From Octopus sinensis (lineage: Eukaryota), in NCBI RefSeq assembly GCF_006345805.1, contig NW_021835473.1, positions 1-38,473 on the forward strand: a stretch of 38,473 nucleotides of DNA, in the 5' to 3' direction. This document shows, piece by piece, positions 9,930-21,268 of the stretch (the first letter of the stretch is position 1; each line of letters begins with the position of its first letter). The translations under genes were made by a program, and so were the position numbers. The notes beneath the pieces were generated by a model. It searched no databases, was not told where the DNA came from, and saw nothing but the letters and a program-made list of their open reading frames with translations.

Positions 9930-10087
9930 TTAATGAGGTGGATTAGGAAATATTGGTGGGGTGTTTAATGACATTCTGGTGACGTATCATCATCAGAATG
10001 ATCCTCCACCGCCTCCTTGGTCTATGAAATAATGACTGTTACTCTATTGACCCCAGGAGGAATGAAAAATAAAAGAGACCTTCTTCA
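9930..10087. repeat. Non-coding block nearly identical to 18949-19105; contains a minus-strand splice-acceptor-like site (TTATTTCATAG at about 10032-10022)
   Basis: About 5 differences over about 157 nt by eye. Confidence 0.9.
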
Positions 10088-10197
10088 GGATATACATACA
10101 TATATATGTATATATGATAGAATGAATGTGTATAATATATACACAAGGATGCACATATGTATATTTATACATCCATACGCCTGTATGTATGTATGAT

Positions 10198-10340
10198 GAT
10201 CATCATTTTACCCCCACTTTCCATGCTAGAATGGGTTGGATGGTTCAAAGAATATCTTGCCTGAAGTTACATTTTCTGATTATCTTTTTACAGCTGGATG
10301 CTCTTCCTGACACCAACCACTGCACAATGTGCACTGGGTG
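10198..10340 (-). mobile_element. Degenerate RTE 3'-tail repeat
   Basis: CATCATCAT...TTCCATGCTAGAATGGGTTGGA...GCTGGATGCTCTTCCTGACACCAACC, homologous to 15406-15560. Confidence 0.7.
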
Positions 10341-10939
10341 CATCTTATGGCACCATCACTAGAGACAATCGCCATGTCCTTGACAAAACTAAAGGTTCCC
10401 CTCAATCTCTGGGTTTCACATACACCTTGGAATGTGTGAGAGATCTAGGGTAATAAATATATGAAAAGGAGTGGCTGAGTGTTGGGGAGAGACCCAGGTA
10501 GGTCCAGTAACATCCCTAGTTTCATTGGAAGAATGGTGAAGAGAAGAGATTTACTGCCAATCTTTGTCACAGCAGTAAGATAGTAGAGTAAAAAGAAGAA
10601 GAGAGAGTGATTGAGAGATGAAAGATAGAGGTAGGGGTGATAGGGGCGTGGTAGTAGGGACACAGGTGACAGTGACATGGGGGATATGAAGGGTGTGTGA
10701 TATTGGAAGTGAATGATAAGTTGTGTGTGATAGGGGTGTGATAAATATGAGAGGGTATGTAGCTGCTTCTGCTACAGAAAGAGGTGAACTCAAGCTGAGT
10801 GTGTGCATGTAGGTGTCTGTGCAATAATATATTCATCTAACCCATGCTAGCATACAAAATTAGACGTACAATCAAACATAAGTAAAACCATGTTTTTACA
10901 TTCATATACTCCCGTTCACGCATATACACACATTGTGTG

Positions 10940-11080
10940 TGCATCTGGTGTTAAGAAGATCATCCAGCTGTAGAAATCTTGCCAAATCTTTCATTGGAGC
11001 TCAGCAATGTCCTCTGGTTCACTGCTTCCTCTTCAACTGCCCTACCCATGCCAGTTAGGGAAAATGGATGTCAAAACCTT
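10940..11080 (+). mobile_element. Degenerate RTE 3'-tail repeat in plus orientation
   Basis: CATCCAGCTGTAGAAA...CCCATGCCAG...GGATGTCAAAA is the reverse complement of the RTE tail. Confidence 0.6.
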
Positions 11081-11390
11081 TATAATGATATTGTATTTTC
11101 TTTTCTGTTTATTATTTGTTGTTGTTTTCTCTCATAATTTTGTTTTGTTTCTTGCTAGGTTTTTGTGAGTGCCACTCAGTCAAGTCTATGACTACACTCG
11201 ATGAGGGTCACTAATCCTCACCTGGCTTCAAGCAAGAGAATATTTCCCCAAGTTCTTCCAACATGAACAGCACAATGGTTGGATATGTTTTCTGGTGGAA
11301 CACTGCAAACAAACGACTCTGTTTGTTTGACGTGACATTTGTTTATAATTAGCAGCAGATGTCAAGACAAGGAGACATGAGCAGATATAT

Positions 11391-11433
<43 letters not shown>

Positions 11434-11479
11434 AGTACAAATGTAGATACGCACACATGAATATACACCCACATATATA

Positions 11480-11640
11480 TACCATAGGATTTATCAGTTC
11501 CATGTACGAAACCCACTCACAAGGCTTGAGTCAACCTGGAACATTAGAAGAAGTTAATTCTTTAAGGTGCTGCAAAGTAGGACTGAACCTGAGACCACAA
11601 GGTTCTGAAGTGAATTCCTTAATCTTACAGCTATGCCCTC
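11480..11640 (-). mobile_element. Degenerate SINE family A 5' part
   Basis: CCCACTCACAAGGCTT...AAGGTGCTGCAAAGTAGGACTGAACCTGAGACC matches the reverse complement of the family A head. Confidence 0.6.
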
Positions 11641-11957
11641 AACTTTTTTCATATTTTTATGATCATAATAATAATCCTTCCTACTATAGGGAGGAGAAGG
11701 CCTGAAATCAACCCCAGCCCCTAACTGGTTCTTATTTTATCAATTGTAAAAGGATGAAAGACAAAGTCAACCTTGGCAAGATTTGAACTCAAAACGTAAA
11801 CTTGGAAGAAATGATGCAAAGCATTTTGTCTGGCATTTTGTCACAATTCTGCTCGTTCATCACAGTAATAATAATAATTATTATTAATAAAAATAACAAT
11901 AATAATAAAAATGATTTCAAATAAAATTTGTTGAAAAAAAGCTGCAATAATTATGCA

Positions 11958-11999
<42 letters not shown>

Positions 12000-12004
12000 T
12001 GCAT

Positions 12005-12187
12005 TTTTTTTTTCCTCTGTCTTCCCTTCTCTGGATCTTTCCTTCTCCTATGTTTCCGATGACGAGCTCCGCTCGACACGGTAAACCCTCCTTCTTTCCT
12101 TCTTTCCTGAGCGTCCAATAATACTATATTTGTTCCACGTCCTCACGTTGTTGCGTTTTTTTTTGTGCTTTCTTGTTTGGATTAACT
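12005..12187 (+). mobile_element. Probable Penelope-like 3'/pLTR fragment with a decayed hammerhead-like motif at 12056-12083
   Basis: Pyrimidine-rich segment containing CCGATGA-CGAGC-TCC-GCTC-GACAC-GGTA. Family assignment is from recalled resemblance only. Confidence 0.4.
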
Positions 12188-14794
12188 ATATATATATATA
12201 TATATACACACATATATATATATATATATATACCAGAGATTGACAAACCAAAAGATCCCGACTCCATACACACTTAGAGTAGCAGAGCTGATGCTGAGAA
12301 TGGCCAATGAGCTGGAGTTGGCAACAACAACAACAGAAGCACAATGGCAGTGACCGGATGGGTGTCTTTGAGACTGGGGCCTAAAATGGCTGAAAAGGTT
12401 GCAGGGGCAACTACAACAGTTGTTGCAGACTTGATAATATAAACAAAGAGAAGAACGATGAAAGAGGGAGGAAATGGATGAAGAGGAGGCATGTAAATAA
12501 ACTCTGGGTCTACATTGATGGAAAATAAGTTGAAAAACAGCATCAGAAGATCTGACCTCTCTGGCTGTGTTTAAAATCAAAAGGGGTCAACCAGATGACA
12601 TAAGATATAGAATGACTTGAAGAGATTTGAAATCTGGAGGAGCCTTTCTCTCTACTTGTGTAACCCCTGGCAATGTCTTGCACGTAGAAAGAAAGAAGTG
12701 GTTGAAGAGGAAGCACAACAACAATGATGACAAATCTACTCCAGTACTTGACTGGTTCTTTATCAATCATAATATAAAGTAAAGCTGACCTCACTAGGTA
12801 TTGAACTCAGGGCACCAGAGCAAATACTGGAAACAGCCACTTTGTAAAATGTGTGAATGCCTTTGCCAACTGACCCCTTTTTACATGAATAAATTCACTT
12901 GTTTAACTGTTTGATTTCTATGAATATATTATTGCTTGAGAGAGCATCATTAGAGAAACATACTCAGGATATACCTTGGCCAGGTACAGGCAATTAAATC
13001 ATTAATTACATAATATACAGGTGTGTCTTCATTGGTGTATTTGATGTTACTTTGGAATTGTTAAATTTTTAGACAATTCTCTTGGTTTACTTCAACAAAT
13101 ACACAAATTTATAACAGATTATTCTTTTAAATGTAATTTATAAATATATATTGAAAATATAATCTTTTAAAATTTAATAGAATGTTTAACCTTTGTAATG
13201 CCAAAATACAATTTATAAAAATCAAATTTTAAAACATTAAATTTATTTTTGTAAACAGTAAATATATTTGAAATGCAAAAAATATATTAAAACTATGGTT
13301 TCTGTTGTTGATGTTTAGTAACACTATAGTCAAAAACGCTCTAGCCATGACCCTCCCATAAGTTGTCATGATTGAATATGTTTTAAGGGGTATTTTAGGG
13401 ACTTTGTTGTTAGTTTGTAATAGAGTTTATAATAATTGCAGACAATGTGAAGTAATTCTCAGAAGCCATCCATCTGGTAAATAATATCGAAGATGGTGAG
13501 AAAACATATTTAATGCATTGTACATTAAAATGTTGATGTAGGATAAAGATGTGCTGAGAGAGAAAATATATGTTGTCACCAAATTGTTTAATATTTAAAC
13601 AATTCTTGTTTGCTTCGGGATATAAAATAGGAATTAAATTACCAGAACAATTCCATTTATATACAAAGATTAATATTAAAATAAAAAAATCAGTTTAAAG
13701 CATTTCCATTGATTGAAAGAAGAAAAAAAATCAATTAGTAGAATCATTAGAATGGTATTAGTACTGACACTTTGTGTTCTGGGTTCAAATTCTAGCAAGG
13801 TCAACTTAGACTTTTATTACGCAGGGGTCAGTAATTTAAATATTAGTTTGAGGTGGTAGAATTAAATACTGGACACGATGCTTTGCAGTATGTAATGTGA
13901 TTCTTTGTGGTCTGAGTTCAAATCCCATTGTGGCCACCCTATGTCACCAAATTTCACACCAAATGCTGGGCCCTGAGCTGCTTTTAGCAGAGGATTTCTC
14001 TTTTGTCTGCAATCACATTAGGCCCCTTGTCTTGAGAATGTCTTTCTCCCACTCATCACTGTCAGAGACCCTGGAAAAAGAAAGGGTCATATGCAGGGCC
14101 CTTCTCCCTCAACTATGCTTGAAAAAAATTGAGTCTACAAAAGACAACTAATTAATTTATCTGCCATAAAATTAATTTACAAATTTTAAATTTCACTTGA
14201 GACTTAGAAATCCACTTTAAACTACGTAAAATGATGTATCCTTAGATGAACATTTCCATCAAATAGTTTTGACATAGTTATAACACAACCATACTTTATA
14301 TTCTGGAAATGAAAGGTTTTACTTGTGATGTGACACTGCAAAATGTTTAAACAACGTCTAGTCTATAAAATGGTGTGTGCAAATAAAACAATATCTATAT
14401 AACAGTATATTTATGTTTGAAATAAGTCTAATAAATGTTTAGCAATGTAAATGTGGTGGTAAATTGTGTGTTAAATAAATAGGAGAAGAATATTATTTAC
14501 CAGGGTTGGTTATTGGGTTTTGATACTGGCTTGAAGTCTTTCTGTCTCAGAAATATCCTGTGAGTCTGCTTCGCTCGAACAGCAATGAAGATATGGCAAC
14601 AGTTAAGAGGATACTTATAATATATCCGGGAGTAGTAGGCATTGCCTCCTCATCTGTGTATTTATACATATGTGTGTGTGTGTATGCACACACATAACAA
14701 TCAGTCTAGTTTGTTGTGTATTGTTGGTCTTCAAATTTGACAATCCTCAATGTTTATTGCACAAACTTGCTTTGTGGATTGTTTTTGTTTTCCT

Positions 14795-14841
14795 CATTCT
14801 TTCTTCTCTCTCTCTTTCACTCTCTCTCTCTCACTCTCTCA

Positions 14842-14886
<45 letters not shown>
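14795..14886. repeat. (CT)n microsatellite
   Basis: Read directly. Confidence 0.95.
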
Positions 14887-15405
14887 TCAAATAATCTCTC
14901 TGAAATCATTTGATCCTTGTTGTTCTTTTGATTTCGTTTCCCCTCCCTCCCTCTCAACATCTAACAATCTGCTTTTGTGTCACAATGGCTAAGCTGCCTT
15001 TAGACAAAAATAAATATAATTGAAACCTCTTTGCAAACTGATAACACATTCATTTACAGATTCAGGGTCATCTCAAGGGTTTTGTTTTTAAAACCCTTAG
15101 AAACTGGGGTTTTTCTAATGAATATGCATTGTTCAGTATAAATTTCACTTTCTTCAGTCTGGATGCAAATACTTACACCAACACCACCACCAACACCACC
15201 AACAACAACAACAACAGAATTATCACCTTCATCATCATCAACATCATCATCACAATCATTGTGTTATTTTGAATTATTAAAAATAAATTTATTCCATTTA
15301 CTTTTATTTTCTTCTACTGTCCACTAATTAAAAAGGTGAAGCAGCACCTTTGGGTGTTTTCCTTTTTCCTATCTGAATGCAATCTTGGATGTTTTCATAT
15401 ATAAT

Positions 15406-17456
15406 CATCATCATCATCATCATCGTTTAGCGTCCGCTTTCCATGCTAGCATGGGTTGGACGGGTCAACTGGGGTCTGTGAAGCTGGAAGGCTTCGTCAG
15501 GCCCATTCAGATCTGGCAGTGTTTCTACGGCTGGATGCCCTTCCTAACGCCAACCACTCCGCGAGTGTAGTGGGTGTTTTTTACGTGCCACCTGCACAGG
15601 TGCCAGACAGAGCTGGCGAACGGCCACGAACAGATGGTGCTTTTGCGTGTCACCGGCACAGGGCCAGGCGATGCTGGCAACGGACACGAATGGATGGTGC
15701 TTTTACGTGCAACTGACACGGGGCCAGACAGAGCTGGCAAACGGCCACGAACGGACGGTGCTTTTACGTGTCACCGGCACGGGGGCCAGCCGAGGCTGGC
15801 AACGGATGCGAACGGATGGTGCTTTTACGTGCCACCGACACAGTTGCCAGACAGAGCTGGCAAACGGCCACGAGCGGATGGTGCTTTTACGTGTCACCGG
15901 CACGGGGGCCAGCCGAGGCTGGCAACGGACACGAATGGATGGTGCTTTTACGTGCCACCGACACGGGGCCAGGCGAGGCTGGCAACGAACACGAACGGAT
16001 GGTGCTTTTACGGGGCCAGGCAGAGCTGGCAAACGGCCACGAGCGAATGGTGCTTTTACGTATCACCGGCACGGGTGCCAGACGAGGCTGACAGCGGACA
16101 CGAACGGATGGGTCACTTAACCCCTGCTTTCTGATATATGATTTGATTTTGATTGTTCTCACTGGTCTTGCCGGGTCTTCTCACGCACGGCATACTTCCA
16201 TAGGTCTCGGTCTCTGGTCATTTCCTTGGTGAGACCTAGAGTGCGAAGGTCGTGCTTCACCACCTCGACCCAGGTTTTCCTGGGTCTACCTCTTCCACAG
16301 GTCCCCTCAACTGCCAGGGTGTGGCACTTTTTCACACACCTATCTTCAGCCATTCTCACCACATGGCCATACCAGCGCAATCGTCTCTCTTGCACACAAC
16401 ATCTGATTCCTCTTAGGTCCAACTTTTCTCTCAAGGTACTTACACTCTGTCGACTATGAACACTGACATTACACATCCAACGGAGCATACTAGCTTCATT
16501 TCTCGCGAGCTTACGCATGTCCTCAGCAGTCACGGCCCATGTTTCACTGCCATGTAGCATGGCTGTTCATACACATGCATCATACAGTCTGCCTTTTACT
16601 CTGAGCGAGAGGCCTTTAGTCACCAACAGAGGTAAGAGCTCCCTAAACTTTGCCCAGGCTATTTTTACTCTAGCCGTTACAATTTCAGCACAACCACCCC
16701 CACTACTGACTTGGTCACCAAGATAATGGAAGCTATCAACTACTTCTAGTTTTTCCCCCTGGAAAGTGACGGAAGTTGTTTTCTGCAGGTTTTCAGAGGT
16801 TAATGCTCCCGAGCATCTGCCACATACAAAAACCATCTTCCTAGTTAGCCTTCCTATGACATTGCTGCACCTCTTATGTGTCCATAGCTTACACTTGGTG
16901 CATCTTATAGAGTTTCTACCTACACCTTTTCTACAGATCGAGCAGGGCCATCTACCTGAAGGCGTTTGTGATTTGTCTACCTTCCTACTTATTAGGACTT
17001 TGGTTTTAGCTAGGTTGACTCTAAGGCCCTTCGATTCTAAACCATGCTTCCACACCTGAAACTTCTTCTCCAGTTCTGATAATGACTCAGCAATTAGAGC
17101 AAGGTCATCAGCATAGAGGAGCTCCCACGGGCATCCTGTCTTGAATTCCTCCGTTATTGCCTGGAGGACTATGATAAATAGGAGGGGGCTGAGGACTGAG
17201 CCTTGGTGGACCCCTACCTCTACCCAGAATTCTTCACTGTACTCATTTCCAACCCTCACCTTACTAGCAGCGTCCCTGTACATGGCTTGCACAGCTCTCA
17301 CTAACCATTCATCTATTTCTAGTTTCCTCATTGACCACCATATGAGGGATCGGGGGACCCTGTCGAAGGCTTTCTCCATGTCAACAAAAGCCAGGTACAG
17401 GGGCTTATCTTTGGCTAGGTATTTCTCCTGCAGCTGCCTTACCAGGAATATAGCAT
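15406..17456 (-). mobile_element. 5'-truncated RTE-clade non-LTR retrotransposon (RT C-half, PHD-like insert, thumb, long 3' UTR, (GAT)n tail)
   Basis: AIFLVRQLQEKYLAK..AFVDMEKAFDRVPR..GVHQGSVLSPLLF..LLYADDL..RLRWYGHVVRM..GRGRPRKTW. ORFs 16567-17379 and 16159-16560 are one frame split by a single TGA at 16567-16569 (likely CGA to TGA). Possible TSD ATATAAT at 15399-15405 and 17455-17461, low complexity. Confidence 0.95.
15574..16111 (-). repeat. GC-rich ~60-bp tandem repeat with alternating A/B units (~122-bp higher-order period) in the RTE 3' UTR
   Basis: Core GGTGCTTTTACGTG(C/T)CACCG recurs nine times (one truncated). Units alternate GCCAGACAGAGCTGGCAAAC and GCCAGCCGAGGCTGGCAAC. Confidence 0.9.
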
Positions 17457-17480
17457 ATAATATATATGTATATGTATATA

Positions 17481-17520
<40 letters not shown>

Positions 17521-17597
17521 GTGTGTGTGTGTGTGTGTGTATATATATTATATATGTATATATATATGTCAGTGTGTGTGTGTGTATATATATATAT

Positions 17598-17998
17598 CGC
17601 AGGAGTGGCTGTGTGGTAAGTAGCTTGTTTACCATCCACATGGTTCCGGGTTCAGTCCCACTGCATGGCACCTTGGGCAAGTGTCTTCTACTATAGCCTC
17701 GGGCCGACCAAAGCCTTGTGAGTGGATTTGGTAGATGGAAACTGAAAGAAGCCCATCGTATATATGTATATATATATATATATGTGTGTGTATGTTTGTG
17801 TGTCTGTGTTTGTCCCCCTAGCATTGCTTGACAACTGATGCTGGTGTGTTTATGTCCCCGTTACTTAGTGGTTCGGCAAAAGAGACCAATAGAATAAGTA
17901 CTGGGCTTACAAACAATAAGTCCCGAGGTTGAGTTGCTCGACTAAAGGCAGTGCTCCAGCATGGCCGCAGTCAAATGACTGAAACGAGTAAAAGAGTA
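17598..17998 (+). mobile_element. SINE family A
   Basis: Full head, core and tail, homologous to 463-849. Confidence 0.85.
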
Positions 17999-17999
17999 A

Positions 18000-18095
18000 T
18001 ATATATATGTGTGTGTGTGTATATATGTGTATATATATATGTATAAATATATATATATATTCATATATATGTATATATATATTCATATATATGTG

Positions 18096-18144
<49 letters not shown>

Positions 18145-18161
18145 GTATATATATATGTATG

Positions 18162-18197
<36 letters not shown>

Positions 18198-18468
18198 GTA
18201 TATATATATATATATATATGTGTATATATATATATATGTATATATATATATACATATATATGTGTATATATATATATATGTATATACATATATATGTACA
18301 TATATGTATGTATATGTGTGTATATATATATATATATTATATATATATATGTATATATATATGTATATATATATATATATGTGTATATATATATATATGT
18401 ATATATATATATACATATATATGGTATATATATATATATGTATATACATATATATGTACATATATGTA

Positions 18469-18527
<59 letters not shown>

Positions 18528-18582
18528 TGCATATATACATACATATATGTACATACTTACATTTACATGTATATATATATAT
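18000..18582. repeat. Long imperfect (TA)n/(TG)n microsatellite
   Basis: Read directly. Confidence 0.95.
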
Positions 18583-18948
18583 GATTCTATTACCCTCCCA
18601 GTTAATTTGGTAAACAGTCTTACCAAACATTTCTACACCTATAAGTGTAGAATCTTCCAAGTAAGCAACCAAATATAACTCTATCCTTTTGATCTTAAAG
18701 GTTTTGGGGCTGATAATAAGAATCATTTCTTGGAAGGGGAGGGTTGCTAGGACCATGTCTTCACCAATTCTGCTGAAATCGGTGACAGAAGATGGACAAT
18801 GAACATCATTTCTGTCACCATTTATTGTCACACATATTGTCATAAAATGGCGGGAATATGTTACCATTCCCTCACGTATGACAATGACATTGGATATTAT
18901 CATGCTTTTCTCCAATTCTTCACCAGATTCTTCAATCTCTACTTCTCT
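18583..18948 (-). pseudogene. Truncated paralog of the propeller gene (first propeller, equivalent to about 7872-8240)
   Basis: [39 protein letters not shown]...[17 protein letters not shown] aligns at roughly 70% aa identity with no stops or frameshifts. It ends in the TA microsatellite. Confidence 0.9.
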
Positions 18949-19105
18949 TTAATGAGGTGGATTAGGAAATATTGGTGGGGGTGTTTAATGACATTCTGGT
19001 GACCCATCATCATCAGAATGATCCTCCACCGCCTCCTTGGTCTATGAAATAATGACTGTTACTCTATTGACCCCAGGAGGAATGAAAAATATAAGACCTT
19101 CTTCA
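18949..19105. repeat. Second copy of the 9930-10087 block, fused directly to the propeller fragment
   Basis: Junction CTACTTCTCT|TTAATGAGGTGG. Confidence 0.9.
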
Positions 19106-19351
19106 AGATGTCAGCTCTTTGAATAAACCTGGACTAAACAACAACATATTTTGGAGAAAAGCTGGATAAGACTATGTTGTTGTTATTGCTGTTGTTGTTG
19201 ACAACAAAGTTTATAAAGAGAAAAGCAGATAATTGCCAATATTTCTATTGTAAAATTAAATTGGAATGAATGTTTATGTTTCACTTGTGCCATTCTACTT
19301 GGTTTATTTTGGGGAAGAAAATCCTACAAAAACTCTCATAATAATTATATA

Positions 19352-19582
19352 TATTGCTTTACTACCCACAAGGGGCTAAACACAGAGGGGACAAACAAGG
19401 AGAGGCAAGGGGATTAAGTCGATTACATCGACTCCAGTGCGTAACTGGTACTTAATTTATCGACCCCCAAAATGATGAAAGGCAAAGTCGACCTCGCCGG
19501 AAATTGAACTCAGAACGTAACGGCAGACAAAATACGGCTACGCATTTCGCCTGGCGTGCTAACGTTTCTGCCAGCTCGCCAG
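19352..19582 (-). mobile_element. tRNA-derived SINE, family B
   Basis: Reverse complement begins GGCGAGCTGGCAGAAACGTTAGCACGCCAGGCGAAATGCG..GAGTTCAATTTCCGGCGAGGTCGAC. Homologous to 30329-30560. Confidence 0.85.
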
Positions 19583-20163
19583 GCAAATATCTTAATATAT
19601 ACATATATATATATATATATATCTATATATACATATATATATATATATGTATGTATGTATATACATATATATATATATACATATACATATATATACATAT
19701 ACATGTATATATACATATACATATATACATACGTATACATATATATATATACATATACATATATACATATATATGTGTGTATGTTTGTATAGTGAGAGGG
19801 AGACAGTAGCAGAGAGCTGGTATTTCTTAAAAAAGAACCCAAATTTTGCCGATTTAGTCAAGAACAGGGATTCTGTTTCAGCATGAACATAGTAATTATC
19901 TCATTAATTACTTCAAATTAGGTGTAATCATTTGATTTCTGTGTTTAATTTCAGTCTTCATATATGGGATTAAAATTTATACCTGGAAAGGCATGATTAC
20001 TCTCTCATTGCATTCATTATCTCAACTTGAATATTTCTTACGAGTTTTGTAGTCTCTGCTCTTCAGGTTACATAATCCACTGCATTCAGATATATTCATC
20101 AACACACACACACACACTTCAACAGGTTAAACACCTTCATAATTGCACTGATATATATTCATC

Positions 20164-20197
<34 letters not shown>

Positions 20198-20403
20198 TGT
20201 GCTGTTTTCATTTGCTACACTCTTCTCCTCAAAGACATCTCTCTTCTTTCTTGTCCACTACCAAGCAAACCAAGACATGTCCTGCTTCTCATCATTATCT
20301 CACACAACTGCTGCACACAACTTATATATTCTGTTATTCCTCCTGCAATCTCTGTCAAATGTTTCAGTTTCCATCTTCCAAATCACACTCATACATGTCC
20401 ATA

Positions 20404-20409
<6 letters not shown>

Positions 20410-20447
<38 letters not shown>

Positions 20448-20508
20448 CATACATATATATATATATATGTATATATATATACACACATATATATATATAT
20501 ACACACAC

Positions 20509-20546
<38 letters not shown>

Positions 20547-20565
20547 CTATATATACATATATATA

Positions 20566-20640
<75 letters not shown>

Positions 20641-20645
20641 ATACA
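20410..20645. repeat. (TA)n microsatellite
   Basis: Read directly. Confidence 0.95.
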
Positions 20646-20654
20646 CAAACACAC

Positions 20655-20812
20655 ACTCATATATTCAGGATGGACTTCTTTCTGTTTCTGTCTACCAAAG
20701 CCACTCACAAAGCTTTGGTTATAGTAGATGACACTTGCTCAAGGTGCCACCCAGTGGGACTGAACCTGGAACCATGTAGTTGGGAAGCAAGCCTCTTATC
20801 ACAAAGACACTC
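20655..20812 (-). mobile_element. SINE family A 5' half
   Basis: GCCACTCACAAAGCTTTGG..GACACTTGCTCAAGGTGCCAC..GGACTGAACCTGGAACCATG. Confidence 0.7.
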
Positions 20813-21141
20813 CTGTTGTTATTTGGATTTGATTTTCACTTCCTCCCTCTTAAGATCTCAAAATCCATTTTGAAATAATTCCAGTTGTTTCCAACTGATA
20901 AAGCATTCATTTACATTTACTCAACAACTCAAGGGTTTTGTTTACACATTGGTCCCCAAAATGCAAGTATTCACATCCCCACCACCACCGCCACCACAAA
21001 AACCATCATCATCATGTTATACATTAGTTTGAATTGTCATTTAAAAACATAATTATTTATTTGTTAAATATTCTCTCCAACTAATTGTTTTGTTTTATCT
21101 CCTTTTCTTGTCCCCGGAATAAAAAAGTGAAATGTACTTAC

Positions 21142-21268
21142 TAGAGTCAATAATTGAGTTTGAATTTCAGCTTCAAGTCTTTCAATCTCTGGACTCTTCT
21201 GCAGGGTCCTTTCCTTCTCAAGCGAGTCCCGAATCATCTGGCCCAGACCTGGTGAGGTGGTATTTATA
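21142..21268 (-). promoter_or_regulatory. Candidate TATA box plus short exon ending at a consensus GTAAGT donor
   Basis: Minus-strand TATAAATA at 21268-21261; ATG at 21237; 32 open codons (MIRDSLEKERTLQKSPEIERLEAEIQTQLLTL); donor GTAAGT at 21141-21136. Confidence 0.4.

Noticed and set aside
12240-12660. Possible decayed RTE C-terminal coding sequence
   Set aside because: Only vague motifs (KRGQP) with many stops; cannot be supported.
15177-15258. Signal-peptide-like frame (MMMKVIILLLLLLVVL...) ending at a GTAAGT donor
   Set aside because: Built from GAT/GTT/GGT microsatellite, which gives hydrophobic runs automatically; no downstream partner exon was identified.
15456-16162. Overlapping ORFs in the GC-rich tandem array, and a CRISPR-like appearance
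   Set aside because: There are no unique spacers, the units are contiguous RTE 3' UTR repeats, the DNA is eukaryotic and no cas genes are present.
18007-18678. Many YI/IY/CV-repeat ORFs (also at 19.5-20.9, 21.4-22.0 and 25.5-26.3 kb)
   Set aside because: Stop-free dinucleotide and tetranucleotide microsatellites.
18940-18960. Retrocopy (spliced) origin of the paralog junction
   Set aside because: No GT donor at the breakpoint and an in-frame stop at the join; a deletion fits better.
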